From Botryllus schlosseri (taxonomy: Eukaryota), in the NCBI GenBank assembly GCA_051294905.1, contig CM119372.1, positions 36,706,001 through 36,770,000 on the forward strand: 64,000 nucleotides of DNA, in the 5' to 3' direction. Position 1 is the stretch's first letter; each line of letters begins with the position of its first letter. Shown one piece after another: positions 12,140 to 24,533 of the stretch. Below the pieces are notes generated by a model. It ran no database searches and was not told where the DNA came from. It saw nothing but the letters and a program-made list of their open reading frames with translations. Both the position numbers and the translations under genes were made by a program.

Positions 12140-12860
12140 AATGTTTTACATTTCGCACGTTCGATAAAGAGTGTAAACAGAGCTTACCACACTTAAAATG
12201 GTACTCCGATATCCAAAGTGATATTTTCATACTGTGCAATGTGCGAATGTTTCAAGTCAATGTTGCAGATTCCGACAATAGGTTTTGTGTGGGTTGTTGG
12301 ATATGCCATTGCAAGCGATTCCCAAACTTCGCTCCCGCAGTTAAAATGAGAATCGAGTTTGCGTGTACTTTTAGGTTGACAACTCTACTAGAGTCTAATA
12401 CGTCTGTGATATATTTGAATACATCGATCGTGATTGTGTTTGGTAGATTCACGAATCGAGATGATGGTAATCCTGTTTCTAAAATGTTTGCTTTACAACT
12501 CTTTCGTAACTTCGTTACAACTCGTTCGTAATGAATTTCTGAATACAAATCTTAAAAACACGAGTTGAAGACGAATGATTTGTTTTAAATAAACTAAAAA
12601 AGTACTTTTGTTTTGGTATTGGACTTGCGTTCTGATATTGGTAAATGTGTTGAGTAATATGGTCAGTTTATAAAAATCTCGGTAATGTTTTTGGTACCTT
12701 AAGTCGGGTAATGTTTCTTGCCTGTGCACGTTGTCATCAAATTAATACGACTACATTTTACTGAAGAAATAAAAACACAGGTCTGTGATATGTGAATACG
12801 ACCAAGATTGATTAATATAGTTTGCGGTTGTAATGATTGTGTATATTACTGAAATCGTGT
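12140..12860 (-). pseudogene. Decayed Polinton penton (minor capsid, PX)-like gene
   Basis: Across frameshifts: HYRDFYKLTILLN...QYQNK; TITIDVFKYITDVLDSSRVVN...ILILTAGAKFGNRLQWHIQQP; YENITLDIGVPF..GK.LFTLFIER. The motif order matches my recollection of Polinton PX; not verified by search. Confidence 0.5.
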
Positions 12861-12869
12861 CTACTTTAC

Positions 12870-13695
12870 TTTGAGTAAGTCGGATAAGGTAGTAAGTCAA
12901 TGTGGTAATAACAACGCTCGTGAAGATTTTCTCGCATCCCGATGTCTTACATTATAACATGTGGATTCACTTGCGCGAATTGCTATCATTGACTGAGTAT
13001 TCAAATCTCATCCTATGCACCGAGTAGGAATTACTTTGTGTTTTAGATTAGTAACGACTTTTACAGTTGAATAAAAATTATCGGTCATATGAATACATCC
13101 AGGATGAATTAATTCAAGTTTGCAAGTTGTAGTGATATAATCAAGTAAGTGGAAACTAGATTTTTACCACTTGTTAATGTTGTGAATAGTTGTGAATAAT
13201 TCTTTTGAGTATGGTAAGATGTTAAAATGTCGAGATGTCGTAGTGATAGTATTTCTGAAACTCTCTTTGACAAACGTAAAGCCGGATCGCAAATAGAGTT
13301 GTAATGTTTCATTACTTGTTTCAAAGTAATGTGCTTATAATCTCGAAATGTGACTGGTGGAAAGTTGGTAGTCGTGTTTGTCAATCCTATTTCAATTAAC
13401 ACTACGCCAAAGTCAAAATATTTCGTTTCGGATATGTCAATTTACCTATAGAACATCTCGCGAATGGATTCCGACACCGTGCTATAGCTGGATCGCTATG
13501 TCTGATGCATTATCCTGTCAGCGACGTAGAATTTTACAATTATTTCACACCTTTTTGAATAAGCGTCAACTTCGCAAAGGATTAGGGTTAGATCAGAAAT
13601 AAGTGAGAATTTGTCGGTATTCGAATCACCGTCTGCGACGGTTCTGTTATTCGTTACTTATTAAATCTTACCAGTGAAATCCAGTGCTGCGACAT
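12870..13695 (-). pseudogene. Second decayed penton-like gene (putative)
   Basis: Starts MSQHWISLV...TEPSQTVIRIPTNSHLF; middle VTFRDYKHITLKQVMKHYN; later STVKVVTNLKHKVIPTRCIG*DLNTQSMIAI. Many stops; weak pattern similarity only. Confidence 0.3.
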
Positions 13696-14724
13696 ACTGA
13701 TTACCAAAATATTACATTGTGAGCGATCGGTATGTATGTAACAGAAAGTCACGAGTGATCGCTATGCCTGACTTGTGATTCTTGTCGCAACTGTGAACAG
13801 CAGACTATTTTGTAGGTGCGAAACAGCGGTATGGAAGGTGCGAATAATCCGAACTGAAACTCGGCGTACTATTCAGGTTACGTAGGAATCAACAGACAGT
13901 ATGAAAAGACTTGGAGTTAGAATGCGATCGGTCATTTGCCACGACTGAACTATGACATTTTTATGTAGAACCATGGGAGCGATCCCTATACCTGTAACGT
14001 TATCATGTCGCCGCGTCTATATCAGCTACGTTAACATGCCGCCGCAGCCATAAGAATACCGATATAATATGTCACAATCTCCGTAAACGACAGGATTAAC
14101 TCGAATAGGTCATATATAATAATTTGGAATATACACATTAACTAAGGATCAATCACGTGACTGTTTACTTTCCTTGATACGTATTCTAAAACGCCATGTC
14201 GACGATGACCATAGCTGAAATGTTAACATGCCGCCGAATCACCACACCCTGAAACGTTAGCATGTCGCCGCGCCTATAACGAAAAACATTAGCATGCCAC
14301 AACGAGTTTCACGTTAGCATGTCGCCGCAGCCTATATACCTGAAAACGTTAGCATGCGACCGATCCCTATCTCCGTAACGCTATCATGCCACCGGAGCCT
14401 ATACCTGAAAACGTTAGCATGCCACCACGAGTTTCGCGTTAGCATGCGACCGCGCCCATAAGCCACAATTGCAGGTCACGAACGATTATAATAACTACTG
14501 ACGTTTGTCTTCTAACTCACTGAAAATTAGGGGTTCACCGAATGCTTTAGCGCAGACCTGGACATTTTGCGTCCCACGGGCCAAATACGCGGGAAGTGCG
14601 GAGAAAATTCGAAGAAAAATCAAATCTGTCTCAAAAGACCACTTCGTGTTGATTTACGAAATAATTTGGATTCGAGCTTTTTCCATTTTGAAAACTTTTG
14701 TTTCACTTTTTGCAAGAATATGGC

Positions 14725-14870
14725 TCAGTTCAGTTCGGTTTATTAGCAATTTTTATCCGTTCAATACATCACAAAAATTGCGATACAATGAAAAGGTAGG
14801 AAAGTGTCGAAACGACTTGGTGTCGTCTTTGGAATCAGACACCCACCCTATCACATTCACTCCATATATG
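14725..14870 (-). repeat. 3' end fragment of a LINE/SINE-like repeat
   Basis: Inverted copy of ~20735-20845; ends in AATAAAC plus a short-unit tail on the minus strand. Confidence 0.5.
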
Positions 14871-16552
14871 CTGGTGCCTACTTAGTAGTGTTGCCACTCC
14901 AGGTTCGTGACAAAACACTAGTTCTGCCGACTAGCCGACTAAATAACACTAGATTTGTGGTTCTTAACCTTTTTTCCTCCATCGCCCCCTTTCAAAATTT
15001 TCCTGGGTCAGGCACCATCTATTTTAAGAACTGTAGTAAATAAACAATGGGTAAGTGGTCGAAGTCCGGTTTCGAATGGGTACTTCACTATTAGACCACT
15101 CTACTAATATCACCGGTATATTTGCATGTGCTATTTTCGGGATCAAATCCAGGTTGTTATAACAACTACCGGGTAAGGCGTTCGGGCTCGTAGCATTTGG
15201 TTCGATATCGATGTACAGATCCCGAATTCTCCTCTGCGATTGGCAATATGGGGAAGTTGATTGTACTAGGTTTTGTTTTATTGCTTTGTGTGACTACTAA
15301 ATCAACTGAGAATGTGGTTGAGATTTGTTCAAATTAATTTAGTATTGCACCAAACTCTTAACTTCTTCATGAATGGGGGTAACAACACTAAAAAAGTATC
15401 ACCCTTGATGATGCGATGAAGAAATATACTGAGGCTCTAATTTTGTCGGCTATATCGGGTGATAATTGTCCGTAGCCTACTACAACATGTTTTTTGGAAA
15501 GTATTTACACAATTATGGCATAATGTTACAACTAAAAACACAATCCTTTTTAAAGGCCTTTCTTTAAAACACTGTTTAAACTAGGGGGGAACTTTGCAGC
15601 TCGCGTGCCCCATTATAGTATAATCGGAATTATAAGCCAAGACGCGAACTTTAATTTGAATATTATTGTAAACATGAAGACATAGATATGGATTAAAACA
15701 ATTCAAACATTGATTTTGATGATAATGCAAATGGGTCAGAAACATTGAAGACATTTTACAAAACTGGCCATCTTTATTCAAGTCGTCAAAATTAGGGATG
15801 GAAGTAGGAATGGTTGTCCGTAGGCTGATACAACATGTTTTTTTGGAAAGTATTTACACAATTATGGCATAGTTTTACAACTAAAAAAAAATTTAAAGGC
15901 CTTCAAGCATTGGTTCAACCTGCAGCGACAATGTCCATGATCAGCCGATTATCACTGCTAAAGATATCTGGTCGACAGTACATTGGAAGAATATGAGGCC
16001 AGTGGAATTATCCAGATATCAGACTCTACGCCAAGTCTAAACTTGGGAGAAATCATTTACAATTGGGATCTGAATGAAGTTAGCGTGCCCCACAGTGAGT
16101 GTTTTCAATTACGCATTTCATTTGTTGATCTTGATTTCAGTAATCATTAGTAATCAAGCCTTTTCAGATAGGCTGTTCTTACCGCTATATAAAGCGTCTG
16201 CGAACCACCATTTGTTGGTTATTTACGTTGACGCAAAATTAATTGTAAATCTTACTGTGGTTCTTTGCTTACGTTCGTTCCTCACTTTTGCCCTACGTTA
16301 TTCCGTTCTTCGGTCGTATGTTGCTGTTGCTGTACTACGTGCTTGCTAACGTTGTGTGTTGCTGTTGCTACGCTATTTGTCAGCTATCTTCATTCGAATC
16401 CGACTTGGGCGTGCTATTATGGTAATGAAGTTATGGAACAGATGAATGAATTACGACGATTAGCATCCGTAGATAACCCCATTTAGACAGGCTTCTGCGC
16501 CTATAATCGGCTGCACAAGATTCAGACTGTCGCGCAGAAACAGTGAGTATAG

Positions 16553-17616
16553 CAGGGGTGGGCAAACTTTTGAGCTCGCGGGCCGCATTCAACATCTGAA
16601 TCCATTCGCGGGCCGCACTATATAAAATTGGGATTATGAACCAAAATGCAATATTGGTATTTGATTATAGTGAGGATATGGAGATAATATATATATGCCT
16701 ATAATTAAAACAAACCAAACATTGCTTTGATGATATCGTACACGTGTCAGAAACAGTGGCGAGATTTCATAGGCTGGTTGACCTCATTGACTAATTTGTC
16801 ATAACTATAGAGATGAAAGTCGGTTGTCGTAGGCCCCGGTTGTCCCGATTCTTGGATCAGGATTGAAATTTAAATCTGTGGACAGCGATATGTTCATAGA
16901 TTTACCAATTCCACTTTTGGTTCAGTTCCAGGACACGCAATTTTGACAGCATCATAACCGTGTTAGCTTCAAACACGCTTCTACTATTTGTAAATAAAAT
17001 ATAAATACCTTAATTCTATGCATACAGTGAATGAATTTACCTAAGACACGCGCGAATTGTTTTTTATAAGCACATCTCTAAAATAATTAAATTTGGAGTG
17101 GTCAATTTGAAATCACACTCGTGATCCGAATTATTCCAATGTCGTTTAGGATTTATGTGATGTTTAGCACCCCCCCCCTCCCATGATGGTGAAAGATTTC
17201 GCGCCCCCATTATCGTCATATCACAAAACACATCCAGGATGCTAGCAAACCTAACGGATAGTTTGACGGTATGGAAAGTTATGACTGCGGATAAGAGATA
17301 GATATGAATTTTAGATTAGATACAGAGAAATAATTAGGAATTGGGTGCATAAATCGCGTGGAGCGCGAAAAATTTCAGTTGAACTCAGCTTCGCGCCCCC
17401 TTCAGATTCCTTCACGCCCCCAGTTTGAGAACCACTTCCTCGGAATTGTCATGGTGAAATAGACTAAGAAAATGTTAAATCAAGTCCCTGCATTAATTCG
17501 ATATTTAGTACGCATTTTATCAATATTTTTAATGAGTTTCTTTATACTCTCGCGGGCCGCACAGAACGGTGTTGCGGGCCGCATGCGGCCCGCGGGCCGT
17601 AGTTTGCCCACCCCTG
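16553..17616. mobile_element. Non-autonomous hAT element
   Basis: TIR CAGGGGTGGGCAAACT...AGTTTGCCCACCCCTG; TSD GAGTATAG; GCGGGCC repeats. Confidence 0.92.
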
Positions 17617-18216
17617 GAGTATAGGCTGCTGATGGTTACTCTGCGTTGCTTTATCCTATTATTCTTCCCGCCAAGGCACAGTCTTGTTTATGAACCAGCT
17701 TTTGTCTGTATTTCAATTCAAGAGCAGGAATATTTCAATTCAAGAGCAGGAACAGTTGTATCAAACTGGCCCCGGAAAGAAAATCTCTCTGTATCTCGAC
17801 TGTGAAATCAATTTGTCGGGTTATGCATTTGATATGACTGTCTGTATGTGACCGGTATTCTGTATGTATGATCGTGGTGGATTTTATTATAACTAACATG
17901 ATAACGAAAATATATCGTCAAATTATGATGTTTTACAACATAAGGGTCAGTATGTCTGCCAGAGAGCAACAATGATTCAGGTAGCGATAGGGCTAATAGC
18001 GGTTGTAAGCTGCAGTAGCGAGAGGGTTAATGGACAGCAACAAAAGGTTTAATGAGTCTGCAGCTGAAGTGCGAAAATCGTATCTTTTGAAGCATCATAT
18101 TGACATCGAATGCGCATGATACGCCGGCGATCGCTTCCCATTCTATTGACTGAGTCAGGAGTAGGACTGGGAAATTGACCTTTTCTTAGTCAACACCAGG
18201 GCACTATAGTATAAAG

Positions 18217-18780
18217 CAGGGTTGTAACCAAGTCACAAGGCTCCAAGTCACAAGTCAATTTCACTTTTATTGTTTTGACTCGAGTCGAGTCATTTTCAAT
18301 TCACCACCGAGTCAAGTCCGAGTCCAAGTCATCGAGCAGAGGGTCAAGTCCGAGTCATGGTTTCATGACTCGAGTCCAAGTCCAAGTCATTATTTTGACT
18401 GCTCAGTCTCCAGTTAAAGTCTTGTTAAACTCACTTTATATAACTATGTTTGGTGATATCGAATGTTTCGCATTTATAATATACTAATTTTCCTCACTTT
18501 TAGCAGTTTCTGGTCGCATTTCCAAGTACCAGTAGCAATCAGACGAAAACCTAGTATGATGGTTACTTCACAATTCTTCGAAATTACAATGAAATGTCGG
18601 TCTTGGCCGTCTGAGTCTCTAGTCAATGACTTGGTCCGAGTCATGCGCAATGAGTCGAGTCCAAGTCGAGTCAATACACAGATTGACTCGAGTCGAGTCG
18701 AGTCATTTCCGTATTTTGAAAAAATGACTCGAGTCAAGTCGAGTCATCAGAAAATCGTGACTCGAGTCATTACAACCCTG
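18217..18780. mobile_element. hAT MITE
   Basis: TIR CAGGGTTGTAA...TTACAACCCTG; TSD GTATAAAG; GACTCGAGTC arrays. Confidence 0.92.
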
Positions 18781-19286
18781 GTATAAAGTGGGTCATTCGG
18801 GAACCGAGCCTATAAAATGACCTCTTTTTTATTTCTTAGTCAACACAGCAACATTTCCTGTAAAAATGTTATAATCAGCAGTTCTGTGGTTTTTACATAG
18901 TGTCCGCCTTTCCGGATCCTCAAATATGGTAAACCTGTTGAAGTGCATTAGGTTAATTATACTGTTTTTGGTCTCCATGCTTTAAAATTGGATTTTTTAT
19001 TAAATATGATTTATTCTTTCTATAGGTGGATAAATACGCCATTGATGCATCGATTCTGTGATCCGGACCACCGAGTAGGCCTACTTCATTTTCACATATC
19101 AGGCCCGCTGACCGGAGAAGTTGCCCGCATCTCTGCTAAAGGATGCCGACCCACTGAGCTAAAACGACTGGCGCTTGTTGATTGATTAAACCGCTAAATG
19201 TGCTGCTGATATTCCTTTCTGGAATCCAGATAGCAGTCAGTGATCCTCGAACCTTTTCAAGCAAAAACAGTAGAATGAGTAGTTAT

Positions 19287-21378
19287 CCGAGGTGGTCAGT
19301 AACGAAGTACTTCTACTTTTTGGAAGTACTCAAGTAGTTTACCTCTACTTCTGGTACTTACTCAAGTAGATCTGATTTTCTTTACTTCTACTTCGTAACA
19401 TTTAGTGATCTTATTATTATTATTATAAGTAAAAATCGTGATAGTGGCGCTTATCACGGCACAGGTTTTGTACGCCACTTCTATAGTTGTTTTTACAATG
19501 AATTTGCATTATCAAAATATATACAGCAACGCTCAGTTCTATGGGTATACCAATATGCACATCCAATGTAAGGAGCTAGCCGACAATATACAAACACGAC
19601 ATTTGGTTATACAAATAATGAATATACAACATGTATTTGCTATACTATATAAGTCTTCCAGAAGATATCACGAACTTTACAACATTATCCAATATCGTTG
19701 GATCTGTTAAAACGTCTTTCAGCTCCCAATTTATTCGGCTCACTCGCGCAGCGTGATGTAGTTGTCTTCTTTGATGTTCATACCTCATACAATGTAACAA
19801 AAAGTGCTCTACAGTTTCTTCTGCATTGCATTGCTGACATAGTGGAGTCTCAGAACAACGGATCTTATGCAGATGTTGATTCAGTCTGCAATGGCCGCTT
19901 CTTAATCTCAGTAGAATTACGTCTCTTCGCCGTGTTTAGTGATCTACTTACTTACTTTTCGATATTTTTAGTTTGTCAAGTAGAAGTAGTTTAATCCCCC
20001 AATACGAAAGATAGCCTGAGGAATTTCGGGGCTGTTTTCACGGAGTACCAGCATTTAATTTTCATAAAAGTCAAATAAAGCCCATAAATTTTGTTGCGCT
20101 TCGCGCATAGTAGTGATGCAGTGACCAATATATTTTCATGAAAGTATCAGTGAATATCATTTAGGTACCGGATTGCTTGGCTCCTCTCACACGGCATTGT
20201 CGCCCATATCAAATATTCCATCGCAGTAAATATGGCCCACCGTAACGTTTTAAACTACCGTTTCGCAATATAGCAATTACCTATCATATCGTAATCTAGC
20301 AGCCCATTACGTGTCTTGCTAATCTGTAAAATCCAGCTTTTTTGAACGTTACACCTGTTTTAGCAGATCACCCTTGAAGCTTTATGGGCAAAAAACATGA
20401 AATATATTTTCCGCATTTCACTTTCAATTGCGAGTATCATACTTTGAGTTCTAATTACTTTCAGTTGTTTTGTCTGCAGAACATACTTGTTAAAGCTTAA
20501 AAGCAAGTGTAGTAATGCCTCTATTTTCCGAAAATAAAGCTACACTAAATATATCTTTTACGATCTTACTATACTAACTAGTCCATCCTCAAGATTACCG
20601 GACCACGACCAGACCCATCGATCTCGCCTTCCATGACATGCCGACCATTTTGTCGCTTGCCTTTTCTATACTAACTTCTTTTACTTTCCATTCAGTGTGC
20701 AATGTGCATGCCTTCTCTTTACATCGCCTAGGCCAAGGTGGGTGTCTGATTCCATAGACTACTCCAAGTCGCTTCGACACCTTCCTATCCTTTCATTGTA
20801 TCGCATTTTGTGGTGTATTGAACTGATAAAATTGCTAATAAACCAATGATGATGATGATGATCCACAATATTTGTTATTAACGTATACTAATCGCGAAAA
20901 GTGATGAAACCGTATCCGATAAAACTTCTACGTATTGCTCTTCGCCTAAACTTGGGGCCTTATAATATGGGGTATAGGGCGCCATGCCATGATATTCTCT
21001 AAAAAACGGGGTCTTCTAGTAAACAAAGGGTTAGTATCGCATTTTCATATCAATACTATAATTTGCATCCCATGATGCGAAACAATGCTTATTCTGTCGA
21101 AAATTGACACCTCCTAGGATGCATCAATACGAATCAAGCTCTCTGCACATGTCGCATAGCTCAATTTGCAGCTGTTGACAGTCCATGCGATCGAATTAAG
21201 ACTGTTTTCAAACTACTTACTTACTTGAGTAGATTTGAAGTCAGTCAATTCTACTTTTACTTCAAGTAGGTTTAGGTGGCTTATGGAAAAAGTAATTCCA
21301 CTCGTACGCGAGTAGATTTTTTCGTCGCTACTTCTACTTCTACTTAAGTAGCTTTCTTGACTACTTTGACCACCTCTG
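19287..21378. mobile_element. Non-autonomous hAT element with internal inserts
   Basis: TIR C(C)GAGGTGGTC...GACCACCTCTG; TSD GTAGTTAT; AAGTAG/CTACTT repeats; inverted relative of 38801-40095. Confidence 0.88.
20595..20862 (+). repeat. 3' end fragment of a LINE/SINE-like repeat
   Basis: Ends AATAAACCAAT(GAT)n; second copy at 14725-14870; absent from the 38801 relative of the host element. Confidence 0.5.
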
Positions 21379-21914
21379 GTAGTTATCATCCAGTGATTGA
21401 TTCAATTAGCTTCTAACTAACACGGAACAACGTATATCCACCGAAATCGCTATATTCCAAATCATATATAATGCTAACACATACATTTATCCCAAAACAC
21501 CATTCTCGTTTTTCTTCAATAATGACTGGCACAGGAACATTGTGATATTATATAATAAAAGCTTTGGATCATATTATGAATTAGAAGATAAATCAGCAAA
21601 TAAATTATTTGTACATTGTGATTCAATGACTATAATGTGGATTATGCGTGTCCGATTGATGACCACGATCATCATAATTTGGAATCGTTTTTTTAAATAT
21701 CATTCAGCATTCAAAATATCGACAAAGTAGTACTGCAGTGAGTAGCATGATGTCGAGCATCAGCGCAAAAACATTCTTCATTTATGTATGGTTCGTAATA
21801 AATTACATATTCATATACATGCGGTATATCTTTTTCAAAAATCGTTCATTCCATTCCACGTGACGAAGTTTAGTCACATTCATATGTGCTCCCAATTCCT
21901 GCAAGAGTCTAGGT

Positions 21915-22305
21915 CAATGGTACCCAACGTGAGCGATATCGCCCCCCAGGGGGCGATTTGGCGGCCTAGGGGGGCGAAAATGATGAAGGGGGCGATAAGG
22001 GGGCGAAAATGGACAAAGGGGGCGACAGGGGGCGAAAATAGCGAAGGGGGCGATAGGGGGGCGATGACGCGTTAAAACGGCCATATTGGAGTCAAGTCGT
22101 CGGAAATACCTTTATTTTTTTTTAGTCAACCCACGGAAATTTAGTTGCAAAAGTTTAAAATTCGACATCGAGCCGAAAAGTTGACCTTTTTTTTAGTCAT
22201 CCCGCCGATGATTACAGATTGTATACCGATTTTTCGGTTCGCAAAATCTGGGGGGCGATGATCGGCGTTTAGCTTGAAAAAGGGGCGATGAGTTGGGAAC
22301 CACCG
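21915..22305. mobile_element. hAT MITE
   Basis: TIR CAATGGTACCCAAC...GTTGGGAACCACCG; TSD GTCTAGGT; GGGGGCGA arrays; same family as 35239-35529. Confidence 0.9.
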
Positions 22306-24533
22306 GTCTAGGTTCTGCGAAGCAGGGCTGTGGATTCGGAGTCGGGGTAATTTTCGCTTGATGGAGTCGGAGTCGTGAAAACTATAATAGCTGGAGTCGG
22401 AATCGGAGTCGTGGGGAAATACTGACTGGAGTCGGAGTTTGTGAGAATGACCCTGACTTCGACTCCGACTCCAATTTCTGTATCATGAAAACATTTGCTT
22501 TCAAAGAATTTTCAATAGAATTTTTATGTACCACCAATCACTGTTATTAGTAACCATACAGATCAGGTGCGGCCAGCCCGTGGCACGCAGGCCAAATTTG
22601 GCACACGAGATGGCTAGGTGTGGCCTGCGAGGTAATTTTCGAAATTATTTATGACATCCAACCAAAATTTGATCAGCATGACTGCGAAATAAGATGATGA
22701 CTAAAACAACAGTTCTGACGCATTTACGTATCCAGGGGCCAGCCACATTTATCGCAGATCTTCGTATATGACCGCATAAAGTAGAATATTTCATAGCGGA
22801 TTTATTTGACTTGAAATTTTTCTCGGTACTTCGCATGATTCATTGTCACTAGATTTCTTGCATTCAGTATTTGAGCCCCCTTCTGAAAATTATAAATACA
22901 TATTATTCACTGAATTGAGTCTAACTATATTCGCAATTAGGAAATAACGTGTCGTCCAACATGCGGCTTCGCTTGTGCACTCGCAGCGAGATCGTCGACA
23001 AAGCATTTGCACAAAATAATAGAGGCATGTTCACTGATACCGTCGATTTTGCTATGTCTAAACGTCGAATAATCCTGTCCTTGCCAAATGAGCCCAGTGG
23101 TATACAGATGCGACCCCCAATGTATGTTAGCAACATTTTTATTGATATAATTCAGTCATTAACTTACAAAAATATTTCGCGCTTTGCGCGGCCACCCAGC
23201 AAACACCTAATCGCCGTGGGCTTTCCGAGCCGGGTCCGAGCCGTGTCCGAGTGTCCGAGTGTCCGCTCGGACAGACGGGGGCATATGCTAGGCTATCCAG
23301 GTTTGGAAATGTCCGGTTCGGATATCCAAGAACATACCTATAGACAAACACTTAGGATAGTCCACTGAAATTCCAAATCAAATTTCCAAGGGATATCACA
23401 ATCTGACAGTGTGCGGATATTTCCACGTTGTTTCAGCTAAAAAGTCAACCTCTCAAGTTTCTATTCTGATAAGTGCACATATTTCATCCTTTCAAAATAT
23501 TTCAAGAGTATAGTTCGAAAGAAAATGGTACAATTACACACCAACATTCGGGAGAGTCCACTGAAAGTGCGAACCAAAATTCCAACGGATATCATATTCT
23601 GACAATGTGAGGATAGTTACATTTTGTTTCAGCTAAAAAGTCAATCCCTCAACTCTGACGCTGATATGCACAAATTGCACATATTTCAAGAATATAGTTT
23701 GACAGAAAATCGTCACTTGACGTGATTCTTCAGCGACGTGGCGTAACCGGATTATGCATGCTGGCATTGACTGGTCAATATATTCCCTGTCGGGCATTCA
23801 TTTCAAGCTTTTAGGCGTTACGATCTCTGTGCCTTTTTAACTGTCGTGTTACTGTTTGTTCCTGCGGTGAACATTCGCAATTCCAAAAGATAGGTGACGA
23901 ACTTTTCGCGTGCGTCACGTCGTCAGATACGTTTATAGCGTTTTTCGCTCGAATGCGCTCAATGGGTTGGCAGAAATGGCGTCTGCGCACAGTGAATATG
24001 TATTTCGTAATGACTTGATCGGGATTATATGATTGACATGACCGGAATTATATGCTGGTATTGAGGAGTTAATGGTATATTCTCTTTCGGACTTTTATTT
24101 CGACCATGTAATAAACTTCGCAATTTTCGTACCGCCGTATAAGGTGTTCCTGCGCTGAACATCACTGAACATGAACATTGTGAACAATCGTCGCGTCGCG
24201 GCCTTCGTGGATGAGATCATCAGCGTTTTTCGTCTGCATGCGCAATGGCCCAGTGCACACAGTCACGTGATTCAAATTTACGTCTGGGAAGTTCGAACTT
24301 TGAATTACTGTCAGCGGCAAGAAGCATTTTGGAATCTGCTGTGCGCCACTTACTTCTATGATTACTTATAACCAATGGTTGTAGTTAGCGTAGTCAGCTA
24401 ATGATAAGGTTAGTGCTATAGTCAGAGGTGGCTTATGCCCACTGCGAAAATGCGCTTGGTTATTGAATACTTATATTATAGCAATTGCCAATGACGCATG
24501 TTCCGTGTTGCTTAGAGTTCATATACTGTTATA

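Larger units (their letters stand above)
5857..14499 (-). mobile_element. Polinton/Maverick-type element, non-autonomous, with nested insertions
   Basis: Termini AGTAGTTATTATAATCG...CGATTATAATAACTACT; perfect 6-bp TSD GACGTT (5851-5856, 14500-14505); ~380-bp TIRs (5857-6211 plus 7540-7562 vs ~14110-14499). AG/CT ends, AGT-repeat termini, long TIRs and 6-bp TSDs are Polinton hallmarks. Confidence 0.85.

Noticed and set aside
13010..13100. TDNFYSTV peptide resembling a piggyBac catalytic motif
   Set aside because: No other piggyBac motifs and no TTAA TSD; it lies inside the Polinton-type ends.
18275..18786. ORFs inside MITEs (also 21788, 35562, 45930, 52357-53162)
   Set aside because: They arise from repetitive or palindromic MITE sequence and show no protein motifs.
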